DNA of 64,000 bases from Albugo candida (taxonomy: Eukaryota). The stretch covers positions 62,001-126,000 of the forward strand of contig JBDOQK010000056.1 in assembly GCA_040437565.1 (NCBI GenBank). The letters are read 5' to 3'. This document shows positions 1 to 14,068 of the stretch, piece after piece. The translations under genes and the position numbers were made by a program. Each line of letters starts with the position of its first letter. The first letter of the stretch is position 1. The notes beneath the pieces are model-generated. The model had not been told where the DNA came from. It saw only the letters and a program-made list of their open reading frames with translations, and searched no databases.

Positions 1-3000
1 ATTTAGTGCCTCTCTTTGCTCATTTGCTATCGCCTCGAGACTGACGTTGCTTCGTCGAAGTCTCAATATTTCTTCCTCTTGTTGTTTGAGTGATACCTTC
101 AGGCGCTTTATTTTTTCTTGATATACAGAAGTTTTGGATTGAACTTGGCTGATTTCTTCATCCTTTTGTGCCAAAGCCTGCAAAAGAAGTTTTAGTTCTT
201 GGTTCAGACCAGCCACTTGTCCTTGAACAGTGGTAAGCGATTGCTGTGCTTCCTTCTTGTTTGTTTCTATCGACCCAGAGAGCTGGAAGAGATGGCGTAG
301 ATGATCTTCATCAACTTGTTCTAGTGCTTCTTTCAATGATTGATGAGCATTGGCCAACTCTTTTGTAAGCTTCATTTTTTCCGATTCAAATTTCGTATTC
401 TCTAGATATAGTTGCTCTTCGAAGTTTTTCTTTAGCTGTTCCATGCGAGTCGCAGCTGTTCTTTCTTCCTCCTGTCTCTGTGATTGAGCCTTTTGAAGTT
501 CACTACGACACAGTAAAATCTCATTCTGATACTCTATAATGGAGGAGCGATATTGTATTCGATCGTTTTTCGCTTTTACGGACAGGTTTTGTATTAAAGC
601 ATCATTTTCCGCTTTCGCTTCCTCCGCAGCATCACGTAATTTCACACGCCAAAGATCTTCTTGCAATGCTGCTTTCTCTTCTTCAGTACGTTTCTCTTGG
701 TCTAAGGTCAGCTGAAAACTGGATTTCTGGTCGACAAGTTCTGCCTGGAGTCTTTCAGACTCTGACCGGAATTGATGTAAATGCACTTCTAGCTCCTCAT
801 ATGTGAATCTCTCCTTCTCAATGAGTCGTCGTTCATACAATCCTACATCCACTACGTCTTGTAGAGCTTTGAAGGATAAGTTTTTATGGTTCGATTCTTT
901 GACGTCTGTCTTGCCATTTATTTCTTTGGAACCGCCGTTGACGCGAATGTTGCAAATAACAATGACTCCCGAAGCAGTACTGGTGATGAGCTGTGACCCT
1001 CCCGTACTTACAGCAAAAATAAGACTTGTGATCGGCACGGTATGAAGATCAATACGATGTGATAATGTGACACGCATCGATGCACGCTGAAAGACGTTAT
1101 TGCAGATAGGCTGCCCAGTTCTCATCAAATACCATTGCAATATAAGTATCTCGCCACGAGACGTACCAGCATATAATAATTGATGAGAGCCGCTATCCAA
1201 AGCGGTCAGATTGTACGGTAGGAGCAAACCTAATTCTCCAGCATCGAGGCTACCTAATGGTCGACTATGTTTTCCTTGTTGCGCGGTGAGCTGGTCGCTT
1301 GAGAAATCAAATGCGACTTCATTGTATAAATCCGTGTAGATCCATGCACGGATCCGTGTTTGTCGTATACTTTTAATACTCTGCCTTGTCATGCTGGAAT
1401 TTGAAATGATAAGCTTCTCGAGTACAAAAAGAACATAAAATGGTTGCTCGAGCCCGGGTTCACGAGAAAATTGATCGGCAGCACTCAATGTCACAGCCGA
1501 GAATTCATTACTTTCATCACTTGTATCGACTGTCACTATTGATGGGAGCGACTTCGAGCACGTCTTGGACCATCCCACTTCATGGGAGATGAGGATGAGA
1601 GATTCTGAGTCGAGCGCAATATGTACAGAAGAAAGTTTTGCACCATTATCTCCAATAAAGAGAAAGGAAGTATCATTAGGATGCCACATACATTGTGAAA
1701 TTCTGGCTTTCGAGGTATCAATAATTGTTATGATCTGAGGAGTTTGTTTGTTGCGTTGGTAGTTGCGATACACGTAAATACCGCAAGGCTCTAAATGAAG
1801 CGTCAAGGCACAAAGAAATAATGACCCGCTTGTATTGTAGACCACCTGTGAGATATAAGAGCTTCCAACTTCACTATCGATAATGGTGGCCTCGTAATTG
1901 AGTCGTAGTGCGTCATTGACAATCAGATAGATGTAAATTCTGCAATTGACCCCAACTAGGACCTCCAATCCCGATGGATGGATATCCAGATATTTTCCTC
2001 GTGGTGCCATGAGTTGTGAAGCGGTTTTGTTATCCAGTGCATGATTGACGATAATGCGACCATTATGCTCCATACTCCAAATGCTGAGAAAGTAATCGTT
2101 TTTACCAGATTCGCAAACAAAAGCAAGATATGGCTGGCGAATTGCGATGCTAATGCTTCCTAATTGCGTCAAAATTGATGGGCATAACCGATTGAACGTG
2201 ATAGACCTTTTATCAATGCCAAATTGAAACACCGCAGATAGATCACACACGCCGTAATGAGACGAAGTAAAACACACCACTAACGCTGACTTTGGCATCG
2301 CTGCAATATATTGCAAGGCATTTCTAAACGAGAGAATATCAGAGAGCCTTATCGATGCAAAAGAAGCGAAAAGAAGGCACACATTCGTACGCAGTCTGAA
2401 CATGCAAATAACGCAATACTTGCAGCTCCTGCACACCTCCGACGGGCTTGACATGTTTTAAAATGAGTAAGCCTTGATCTGCCGTAATAGCGATTTTCTC
2501 CAAGTCGTCGTAGAGGGCAAGGCAGAAAAACTTCGATTCAGGAGGCACTTGAGCTGATAATCCCAAAGATATTGCTCCTAGATTGAGTTCTTGCTTCACT
2601 TTATCCTGAACAATAAGCTGAACAATCCCGCTTGTCAGCAGTGTTACCAGCGCATCATCGGTAAGCCACAGATAGTCGAGATACTCACAAATTCCAGATT
2701 CTATACTTTTCCTTGAAACGGTCACTTGCTCTCTAGCAGATGTGAATGTCGCCTTCAGTCGTAGTTGGTAGGCTTCCAGCACCCATAGCTGTACTTTCTG
2801 ACTATCGTGTGATTGCGATAGGATCTGTGCCATGTCAAATGGATTGAACAAAAGACGCTTGACATCGTATCGCATTGGAAAGTATGCAATCCTCCTTCCT
2901 GCTTTCCAGTCATAGACATTCAATGTTTTGTTCGATGCACAGCAGATTAGCTGACCGTCTGACGAAAAATCAATGTTAGCATGCCTTTCGCTCGATTCGT

Positions 3001-3412
3001 AGCTGAAAACGTTCTGCACCGTTTGACGTGTTTTTCCCTTATAGCTTAATTTCTCATGATTTTTCTTCTTCGATTGAGCTTTATAAATGATCACATACGC
3101 CTCTTGTGTGTTCAGGACCGTCAGGTGAACACCAAAGTACTGCTGCTTCAAGCAGACTGCGATAGAGGCGACATAAGTCGCTGAAATGTCACACTCAAAA
3201 CGAGATTGAATGACTACAAGTGGCTGCAGGATTCGGTACTCGGCTGTGTGCACATTTTGGACAATTATTAGTTTTTCGCATGCAAAGATAATCTCATCCA
3301 CATTGAGATATTGCAAGATTGGGTACACTGCACGATTGATTCCAGTAGCTAGGAATGGCTTTACAGATATCGTAGCGTCTACTTGTCCATTGAGCGTCTC
3401 ATTACAGCTCAT
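1..3412 (-). CDS. WD40-repeat plus C-terminal coiled-coil protein, CFAP57/WDR65-like (3' end runs off the window; intron 2324-2390)
   Basis: ORF 2339-3412 joins through a phase-2 GT-AG intron (2390..2324) to an open frame running toward position 1. WD-like segments such as YLDIHPSGLEVLVGVNCRIYIYLIVNDALRL resemble CFAP57, followed by an E/K/Q-rich coiled coil. Confidence 0.65.
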
Positions 3413-3582
3413 GTGTAGTCCAAATTTATTTATTAGTGCAATTTCGATTACAGTTTTTTTTCATGAGACAGCAAGCTACAAGTAAAAGTGGGTAGAGATT
3501 CGTAGGATACTAGAAAGAAGCCGATCACTTGTAGGTGACTCGCAAATAACCTTTTATTACGGGAAAGGCGCTACATCACGGA

Positions 3583-6500
3583 TCACCGACCGCCGCGATA
3601 ATTTCTTCCACGACGTAACCCAAATTCGGCGTTATTCCATTCGCTGCTTTGGCCAAAAGTTGCACGACCATCGGCAGTCAGCTGAGTTGGTGGTGCGGCA
3701 ATTGTGGTGCGCGTACTTGAAGGGAGTGGGAATCTTTCATTGACATCAAACATGGGTGTAAAGGTGTCCTGCAATTCTTCTCGTTGGATATTTTGTAACA
3801 CTAGACGCTTCAGCTCGGATTGTTCTCTTCTGCCTGCGTTCTCTTGTCGGTGGCAATGTTGAGCCAGAGATGATTGTTCGGGTACAATCAGACAGCGAGC
3901 CTCTACTTTGCCTTTATTGCCTCGACGCAACATTTTATATACAACTCCATCGGTTCCTTGCTTTCCCTGCTGCGTACTACCTTCCACGTCCGTATACGAG
4001 GGATGCACGGTCTTGATCATCGTCGGGATCGCCATTTTATCGACGTTGATACGATTTGCAGATTTTCTTGGCTCCACACTACTTTGCACCATACTTTTGT
4101 AGGCTTGCTCAAACAATTCATCTTCTTCGTTTCGTTGGTAGCGATCACGAATCACGAAATTATTGTCGTCTTCATTCTCTATTATTTGATCCTCCTCGTC
4201 ATCTACATCGTCTTCAGCCTCTTCTTCAACCTCTCCTTTCACAGCTTTTGCAACATCACCTTTTTTCAGGTCTTGTGCATCCTCATCTTCCTCGTCATCT
4301 TCTTCGTCATCATCATCCTCGTCCTCATCCTCGTCCTCGTCTTCGCGCGAATCCGCTTCGTCATTGTCCATCCGTTTACTTGCCTCATTGCTTGAATGCT
4401 TGGATCCTGCATCGTCTCGCATTGCGTTACCATCTGTTTCATTGTTTACGTTGTCTCGAGTCAATTTTGTGCTTTGTCGTTTCTCAGCCTCTTGCAATTG
4501 AGTAGCTGATATTTTTTGTGCTTCCGTATCCGCTTCCTCCCAAGTCTCATACCGAACAAATTGATCTTTCCATGCTCGAGTCAATGACTCAAATAACTCG
4601 ATAATGACAAAATCTGTCTCCAAGGGAATCTCATCTTTTGATAGAATATATCGTTGAAAGAAAACCATAAAGCATTTCAGTCGAATGCGTTGCAAACCTT
4701 TTTCAAGCCCATTGGAAAAGGTTGATTCACGCTCGGTGTACGCAGATGTTCCACAGGATTCAATCAAAGTACAAACTAAGCGAATTCGAAAAACATCGGT
4801 GCTTGAATCGACGCTGCTTGGTACACGAGGATCATATCGACTCTGTGGAACGAGGTAGAATGAGTGCAAGGTCTTGGCCAGGGTCAAACTAGGCGGGTCA
4901 ATGTCGTTTGGTATCGCGTGTTTGATTGAGAGCTTGCAGAGATAATCCATATACGGTGCATATTGTGGTAACGTCATCAAGTCATGAGAATGATGAATGA
5001 TCAAGTACAAAGTGTCCATGATGATTTTGATGCCGATAAACCCGCGATTGTATAATTCTCCAAGCAGTTTGGCATACCCAAGCGTCTTCTGATGTCGTCG
5101 ATAATCATTAACATCTAGAGCTTGATGAATCGCTTCCAAAACATCATCGATTATCCAAACTGATAATTGCGGATAGAACTTTGCTAACTCTTTCAGTACA
5201 TCCACGACAAGCGGCATGTGCATCACTTTGCCAGAAGTGACCTTTAGAATTGCTTTGATCACATAATCTCGTGTTTCTTCTGCTTTTGACTTCCACGGAA
5301 GCTTCCTTAGTAGCTTGGTGACCCGTTTGAGATTTTCTTCACTTAAATCCTGATACAAAAGCTTCTGTATGAACAANNNNNNNNNNNNNNNNNNNNNNNN
5401 NNNNNNNNNNNNNNNNNNNNNNNNNNNNNNNNNNNNNNNNNNNNNNNNNNNNNNNNNNNNNNNNNNNNNNNNNNNNTGCCAGAAGTGACCTTTAGAATTG
5501 CTTTGATCACATAATCTCGTGTTTCTTCTGCTTTTGACTTCCACGGAAGCTTCCTTACTAGCTTGGTGACCCGTTTGAGATTTTCTTCACTTAAATCCTG
5601 ATACAAAAGCTTCTGTATGAACAAGTACAATGGATCATGTTGCTTTACTACACGCTCTTTCTGTAATGGTGGTTGACATAGGTAGAACGCATTCTGTATC
5701 AGAGTCTCGGCTTGAGCGTCCAAGTGTTTGGCTGATTTGAGCTTCATCATGATCGATAGAAAATGAACAGTCCGGACATGTGTCAATCTGCAACAATAGA
5801 GAAATCGACCGCAATTTTCTAGTAGCGTAGTCGCCACAGATACATTTTGACCTTGGAAATCAGAGAAGCATTTTTTGAGACAACGAAACGCAGCACTTGC
5901 TGGACACAACTGAAATTTGACTAATTCCGCGAGGAATCGAATATTTTTGATCCGAGACTCCAGTCGAAATTGATTTCGTTTCTTTATGAAATAGTTGAAC
6001 TCACTCACCAGTAGCTCTACCAATTCCTGGCCAAGATCGTCCTTCAAGACGCGATTTAGAGTAGCAATCAGACGAGCGTAATAGACCAGTAACTCCAGAT
6101 GCGTACGAGGAACACTGAAAACATGCTTAATGAGCCGATTGCGATTGGATTTGCTGTTGATATAGCAAAACTCAGCCGCTGCCTTGTCGCATCGCTCGCG
6201 GTTGACAATCGAATCCAAACTAGTGAAGAAGGTATCTGCTTGATGATGATATATCGTACTTGATGACGAGGTTGGTAGCGTGCTCTCATCTTTTGTTACT
6301 GCCTCGGTTACTTTGTTCTCTTTCTCAGCAATTTCATCCCGTTCAAGCTCCAAATCTTCCGGTTCAAGGTCTAAAGACTCGTCGCCTGAGTCCTCATCAT
6401 GTGCTTCTTCTACTTCCAGTTCTTCTTCTGTTGGATCATTCGTTGACTCTTTATTTCCGTCTTGATTCTCCTGTTTCTTGCGCATATCCAAGACTTCTTG

Positions 6501-7754
6501 CTCTGTCAATCCCAACACGACCGCCGGAACCAAGTCTAACAAGTTCGGTAAATCCTCATACAGCGATCGTGTATCCTCATCGCTAAATGGACTATCTTTA
6601 TGAGCATGGTTAGAATCTGCAGATCGATGTTCGGCTCCATCGTAAACTAAGAGACCCGTCTCGGACTTGTCTCCTTCATTTTCTGGCTTGGGTAATGCAG
6701 GCATATCGCGATCAATCGCTTCTGCCAATAGACTCAAACTAGTTTGGACTTTCTCGAACAGATTCTTGGCCTTTTCCAGCTCTTCTGCATGCTTTTCATT
6801 CACTTCACCGCAGTTCAGTTCTTCTTTCTCGTTTCTATTTTGCAGTTTGCACACGGTTAGATGCTGGTTTTCATAATACTTTGAGATTGTTTCAAAGGCT
6901 TGAATATAAAAATTAAGAGCTTCACTTTGTGCATTTTCGGGAACCAGATGCTGCTGAGCTTGAATTAGTTGCATCCATTTTGGATCCTGTGAAGTATTAC
7001 TTCTGCTTATAGTGTCCTTGAATTTTCTTGGCACAACTCCAAAGAATTCCAGCCCACAAAACTTTGCAAATGAGACCAGCAAAGGAATTTCAAATTGTGT
7101 CGAGTTATTGGCTGAACTCGAGCTACTGCTGGTGATATTTCGTCTCGACTTTGCAGTAGCATTTAAGGAAAAGTGCAATGATCCTGATCCGCTCCCAATT
7201 GACTGGTTGTAACTGTCACGGCGAATAGCTCGTTGCAGGATGCTCAGTATGATAGAAACGTCATCATACACATCTACAAGGTACATTTCAGCCAGTAAGC
7301 GTAATAAGATTCTTCTTTTGATCATCTTTTGCTTGTCTTCCACGTTATGCGATGCATCAAAAACATTTACAATGGTCTGTAACAAAAGACTTGTGAATTC
7401 CTGATAGCGCTGGTGCAATAAGGAAATTAATTCGATCGCCACGGGCAAGTCTGCCATTTTGAAAGGGGCCTCAACGATCGCAGCTACGCATTCGCTTATG
7501 TAACGAGTCAAATTCAGTTCCAGTATATCCTTTTGAAGTGTAGAGAAGTTCGATTCGGATAGGAGCTTGAGCTTTTTGACAAACGCAGAAGTTTTCTTAA
7601 TATCAGATTTTAGTTTTCCCGAACTTCCTTGACCACAAGCAGTTGATGTTCGGAGTCTTTCAACTCTCTCCGGTGCATTTTCTTGTCGCAGGGTCGCACG
7701 ACTCGAGCAGTTCTTTTGAAATTCCTGCAATACTTCAAGGGAAGTGCTATCCAT
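3583..7754 (-). CDS. UPF2: Regulator of nonsense transcripts 2 (MIF4G domains, acidic tract, UPF1-binding C-terminus), split by an assembly gap
   Basis: LKSDIKKTSAFVKKLK, LNLTRYISE, YYARLIATL, KNIRFLAELVKF, LLENCGRFL, LRKLPW and FRIRLVCTLIESCG motifs plus a D/E tract. The two ORFs overlap across the gap at 5377-5476. ATG taken at 7754. Confidence 0.93.
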
Positions 7755-7825
7755 TAGCGGTATGTTGGAGGTAGCTCTCAATTCCGTTGTTGGATTTACC
7801 CTAGTATTATGTAATATTACATCGT

Positions 7826-8965
7826 TTAAGGATAGTCCTTTTCAACTTCAAGTGAAGAATCGAGCGTCTTCCGCGATAATCGCTTCACGAGCTCATAAGT
7901 TGTTATTATCAGTAGACCAGAGGGTCCCATAGACATGATTCGCTACATTTGAAAGTTTGGTGAGTACCGGAAACGACACAAGATGAACGGCGTACCGCAA
8001 CGGCTCCCGTCATAAACCCACGAGCTCCTTCGCGATTCAGAATATATTTCAGCGTTTGCATTGTGCTGTATTGAGTGTAAATTTGGCTCTTCGTACGGAT
8101 GATATCCAGTGGATTCGTGAGGACAGCTGTCAAGACGCCTGACGTGCCACCACTGAAGGCCTGTGCTAACACTGCGAAACAGGTCAAACCAGATGCACTT
8201 GAGGCAGAATTGAGTTATACCTTGTTTCCAAGAAGGATCAATGTCGCACGATTGCAGCCATTTGAAGTAAATAGGTAGTATGAAGCCATATGAGCCCCAC
8301 CAAATTGAGGAGGAAGGTGCATACGTGGCGATGGACACAAAATAGCCACGATAGAATCCTCTCCATCCCTCCGAATGATAGATTGCTCGTACGATTGAAG
8401 ACATATTTTGTGAAGAATTCACTGAGGCTGAACTGGGGTGCTTCATCTGATGCTGTTGCACAAGTTGTTCAGAGACCATGAGCCGCTGCGATACAATATC
8501 CAAAGGTACGACCACAGTTTGCGAAACGAGCGAAGCTGCTGCTCCTCCCAAAAAATTGGAGACTGTATCAGTAACCTGTAAGACAGAATTCTTGTCAGTT
8601 GGTGAGTAATTACGCATCAAAGCAGCAACGACCTGGCACTTGGCACGCAGAACGCTACGAGTCATTTCATAAACAGATATATATAAATTTCCAAAGACTA
8701 CATTCAGCGTACTTGCACCAAAACCTTTGTAGAATCCCAAAATGCCTTCGTTTCGTGCTATTTTACGAAAAGCATCAAATGCTCCATCGTATAATGGCTT
8801 CCTACTCGACTGCACCTGAAGCCTAGTTTTGACTAAATTACTTGGATAGACTGCTGCACGAACGGCTAAAAGCATTGATGGACCCAGGATGTAGTATTTA
8901 CTTTTATCTAGCTCATCCCAATCGATTTGTTGTAGCTCGGATGACACTTGTTGATCTGATTCCAT
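7826..8965 (-). CDS. Mitochondrial carrier protein, SLC25A44-like (multi-exon)
   Basis: Three carrier repeats (YPSNLVKTRLQ, VPLDIVSQRLM, NPLDIIRTKSQ) and an IDWDELDKSKYY N-terminus. The last exon RIMSMGPSGLLIITTYELVKRLS ends in TAA at 7826-7828. Confidence 0.88.
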
Positions 8966-9025
8966 TATTGGCCACGATCCGAATACAATGTACATACGAG
9001 CACATCAATTTGGTGTATGTATAAA

Positions 9026-12000
9026 ATGCAGAGCATACTGCAAAAGTTTGCGTTAATAAATACAAGTTATTGCTTTCTTGCGCGGCAGAAAGCATTACTA
9101 AGCGTTCAAAACATCGTTAATTTGGCATCTAGCATGGGAAATGTATTAGTTTCCTATGAAGATATCGAAACAATGGTAAAAATTGCTCCATTATTGATGC
9201 AAATCCGTATTGTGAGCCGCCGGCAAATATATAAAGGTATTGATAAATATCTTTTCTGAAAGACTATTATATTTATGCTCGTAATTGAATGCAGACGACT
9301 CCTTTATCCACTCCGTCCAACCTAATGCACCTCTAGTAATACATCTTCTGCTATTCCTAATATCTCCACAAGCAAGTCAGCGTGCAAGTGACAAGCGTGA
9401 AAAGATCTTTCAAAAAGCATTCCATTCGCTCGAATCAGATTCCTCGGAAAGCGCAATTGCAACAACTTGTGGTAGTGAACAGGTATCATCAACTGCTACA
9501 AAACATAACGATACCGCAGAAAGCGAAAAAAAAGAAAGCGCAAAACGAAAGCAGGCGACTCGGAAGTGTTCTGCAAAAAAAAGAACGAAAGAAAATGGCT
9601 GTGACGCACCAAACGCGAGCGAAAGCATCAAAGACAAACAAAAAAACGCTTTTGATTATGATAAAAGCCTGAAAGCTAAAGCTGAAGCTGTCGAACGCAT
9701 TCTAGCAGCTACTGCTCATGGTCACGTTTGTCGTGAGTGGATCGAAAGATTGCGCGAAATGGATTGGGTTGAGAATCAATTGATTCATATCGAGAGAATT
9801 CATGCAAGAGAAGCAAAAACCGTCAATTTGCAGAAAATGGAGATTTCAGAGAGAATGAAAGCTGCACTCTCAAAAAGAGGTTTACATTCTTTGTACCTTC
9901 ATCAGGCGCAAGCCATTGAAGCGATAAAGAGAGGATCGAACGTCATGCTCTGCACATCCACAGCAAGTGGGAAATCGCTCTCTTTCATCATTCCCACGAT
10001 CGAAGATCTGTTAGAAGGGACTGAATGCAACGAATTGCCCGCGTTTATATACTTGTTCCCGACCAAAGTACGCAACTTCCACAAGAAATCATATCGGTAC
10101 TATTAGTTCTTTATGTAGGCCTTGGCCCAAGATCAATTGAGGAGTGTCCGAGAATTTCTGGTGGCCGTCAATCTTTCTCCATCGTATTGCTGCACATTTG
10201 TAAGTCTATGTATCAGTCGATGTTCGGGACGTATTTTATCGCTATCTTCAGGATGGAGACACAGACACAAGGGATCGAGCGGCACTTATTCGTGATGCAC
10301 GAATCTTTTTGATGAATCCAGACGTGCTTCATCACACAGTCTTACCGCAACATTCGCGCTGGAAACACATTTTGGGTAAACTGAGGTAAGAGAGCAGCTT
10401 TCCCTCATAGTAGCTCAATCTGATTGATATACAGATATGTTGTCGTCGACGAATCTCATATGTATCGCGGTGTTTTTGGAACACACGTATCGTACGTGTT
10501 TCGTCGACTCTTTCGACTTTGTGCGCTATATGGTGCTTACCCGCAAACAATCTGCTGCTCAGCGAGCATAGGAAATCCAATACAGCATTTTGAGAATCTC
10601 ATTCCGGTTGTTCCGAGTGATTCAACGATCTCTTTCCCTCCTCATTATGCGTTTCTCCAATCGCGTTTTCTAGATCTCATTGATGAAGATGGAAGTCCTC
10701 AAGGCGAGAAATGGATCTGTTTATGGAACCCACAAGCGTCTCGTGCTTGTAATGAAAACATTAGCAAGTCGACAAATATTGCTACAAAAAAGCGAAAGAC
10801 GAAAAAGGTCGTACAAGATTCTCTAGCATCACACGAGAATACGATTGACAGCTTGGACCTAAGCGAGGACACGCAAAGAGCGACAAGGAGTCCGATCTTT
10901 CAAAGCGCTTGTATCATGTCCAAACTCATTGAGATGACTGTACACACGCTAATGTTTTGTAATGGAAGGAAACTAGCAGAGCTCGTTCTTATGAATGTGC
11001 AAGGTATTTTGAAGAAATCGAAGGCTACTCGGGGATTATTGCGACGGGTTTTGACTTATCGCGGAGGCTACAGCGTCCAAGATCGTCGAAAGATCGAGCA
11101 GCGGTTGTTCCAGGGAGACTTACTGGGTGTAGTGGCAACAAATGCACTTGAGCTGGGTATCGATGTTGGCCATTTGGATTGCACACTTCATTTGGGCTTA
11201 CCTTCCAGCATATCATCTCTTTGGCAGCAAGCGGGACGTGCTGGTCGTAAGCACACTGTACCATCACTTTCCATCATTATCTGTTTTGATTCCCCGCTGG
11301 ATCAATACTTTTGTCGACATTCTGACGAGCTCTTTGCTTTGAAACCAGAGGCGGCTAATTTGCAATTGAGTAATGTGCAAATTTTGCAACATCACTTAAT
11401 TTGTGCAGCAAGAGAAGTAGCTATCTTCAGCAAAAAGTCTGGCTCCGTTTACTTTGACTCATTCCTATGGCCGGAAAATACACTCAAGACTCATGTGCTG
11501 TCGCTTGTAGAGGACAAGAAGATCATCGCCTTGGATGAGCACGGGTATCAACTGCATCCGTGTCTCTCTTCCGCATACAGATACCTTAGCCTGCGATCAA
11601 CTGAAGACAAAGTTTATAAAGTGCTCACTTCCGACGACAATGATCCCAATCAATGGATTGAGCTCGATGAAATTCCGGGTACAAGAGCATTTTTCCAAGT
11701 CTATCCAACAGCTGTTTATCTTCATCAGGGCAAAGAGTATCTCATCACGCACCTCAATCACGACGAACGCTTTGCAGTCGCAGAGCGTTGCAAAGCCGAG
11801 TTATCGTACTATTCGACTTGCCGAGACTTTACCGATGTCGATATCGTTCGCACGTTCGGAACGAAAGCGATCTCATCGTGTACAGAGTCGTCGAGAACGT
11901 ACTTGTCAACGGGGATGGTCTCTGTCACGACCTCTGTGATTGGATCAGCAATGTACAAAAAGAGAACGATGGCGCTCATTCAGTCCAATACATTCTCGCT

Positions 12001-12495
12001 TCCGCCAATGCAGCACATTAGTGAGGCGCTTTGGATCGATCTTCCATCGTATGTTGAAGAGCAGTTTCGCTCCGCAGGGTACAATTGGAATGGATCTTTG
12101 CACGGTGTCGGGCATCTACTTACCAGTTTAGTCCCGCTATTCATCCGCTGTGACCCGGGAGATATTGACACGGAACATTATCATCCGAAAGAGCAACGTT
12201 CTCGACCCAGACGCATCACAATATACGAAAGAAGAGAGGGAGGCACCGGGATTGTATCTCAATTACATTCAGCTTTTGCAGAGGTATATTGATTATCATC
12301 AACTATCAGAGTTACTTACACGTTTTGTAGCTTATCAGAAAAAGCGTTGTTCTGCTGTCCGAATGTAGCTGTTTAGAAGGATGTCCCTCCTGCATTCATT
12401 CTACACGTTGTTCGGAACACAATGAAGTTCTTGACAAAGAAGGAGCACTTTGCATCCTTAAATTCATCATAGAATCAAGCTATATGGAAACTTAA
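9026..12495 (+). CDS. HRQ1: Hrq1/MrfA-type DEAH-box helicase with C-terminal four-Cys DUF1998 (multi-exon)
   Basis: LYLHQAQAI, TSTASGKS, LFPTK|ALAQDQ, VVVDESHMYRGVFG, YRGGY, ATNALELGIDVG, QQAGRAGR, IYERREGGTG and a terminal ECSCLEGCPSCIHSTRC. Short GT-AG introns. The start exon is tentative. Confidence 0.88.
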
Positions 12496-14068
12496 GTATT
12501 GAATACTTTGATCTACTCGTATGCTATACGAAAAACCACGCAAATACGTAGGAGGACGACGAGAATGTGCCGAAGATGCAAAGCGTCTATTTTGAGTATG
12601 TTGCAACTTTTGCTGTGCAAACGGACAGGTGACAAATTTTCAGAAGTATCATTTTATCCTCCAATTCACGTACAATGTAAGAGGGGAGAGCAAGGGATAC
12701 AAATGCATAGCCTCGAAATATTACTCTCGAAATTTGCGTCGGTCCAGCAAGTGCGTTGTGACTGGAGGGTGATGTATCGCAATGGTAAAAGACGTGGAGA
12801 GAAGAAAAGATGAGGATAAACAAGACGAGCCGTAGAAAAAGAACTATACACTGCCCCGAAAAAAGGTTACAAAGACATTGGATATTTGCACTACGGAGCA
12901 GTCTTCGACTGTAGAAAATTGCAGCGAGTCAACCCACGTTTAGTTTACTGTCCGCTTCAAAATACTCAATGCACATGTAACAATGTCATGATAACAGAGC
13001 AAGAATTGGCTGGATATTTTTCCAATGTACGTTATCACATTGATACAGCATTTCTAAGCTTTAGTTGAGCACATTTCTAAATAGTTCAAATGAGCCGTTT
13101 TATTATAGTTCATCATAGTCCGATATAGTCTGTGGTATAACATTGCCGGGAACGTCACATGCGTGGTCACGCAATAAAGGTTTAGAGAATACAAGTCAGC
13201 TTGTATTGTTCGCATCATAGACGTGTTGTCGAAACACCGAGCAAAACTGTCAAGTTTGATTTCATAATTATAATTTCATGCTTTGTTCATGGTCTGCCTT
13301 GACCGAGCAAATACTGCGGTTGACGCTGCTTGGTGTACGAACCAAATTGTGCGATCATACTTACCTGGATGCCCAAGGCGTGATAGGTATTCGCGGATAT
13401 TCATACATGTTAGTCAATAGTACACGAAGACTTCCATTGCATTGCTCATTATTGCTCACTGTATTTCCTATGTAAAGCTCGAGTACTCTAGCTTAGTGCC
13501 CATCGAACATGCTGTACCAGAATACACCCGTTCAGCGTATGCACCTAAATTTGCTAACCGAGCTGAGTCGTACATACTTTAACGTCATGAAGTAGAAGTT
13601 AACACATACCAGTCTGATATGGTTGAGAAAAGACTACGATACTCGCAATCATAAAACGGCACCCAGGGCGGAAAGTACAATTCCCGTAATCTTCGTAATT
13701 GTTATTTTTGGAAACGTACAGCTTGATTAATTTCTTCTTATCGCAACATATCCGAGTAAATGTGTGCCTTATAAAGTTTTGATTATGATATATCAGTGAA
13801 CGCTACATGATAGTCGTTTAGAAAGGATGTCGTTACGGGGGCAACAAAAGCACAGATTCAGACCGTGCACACTCGCGATTCTCATACCTTTACTTTACCA
13901 TTATACATCAAGCTGCTTCATACATACTTTACAACATGATAGAGAAACAAAAATGCTCGCTTTCATTCTATTGTCAACTTTATGAAAAGTACGTTATACT
14001 TCAAACTGTCACATCTCGATTTTCTCGTCCATTCTACACACATTTGACTCAATTGAAACGAACGAATT

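Noticed and set aside
3874-4505. Hydrophobic and His/Pro-rich plus-strand ORFs
   Set aside because: Antisense shadows of the acidic tract of UPF2.
5343-5544. Apparent frameshift or two UPF2 genes
   Set aside because: Caused by the arbitrary 100-N gap and a 148-bp overlap.
12587-12851. Small minus-strand ORF with a hydrophobic start
   Set aside because: No in-frame ATG upstream before a stop, and no recognisable family.
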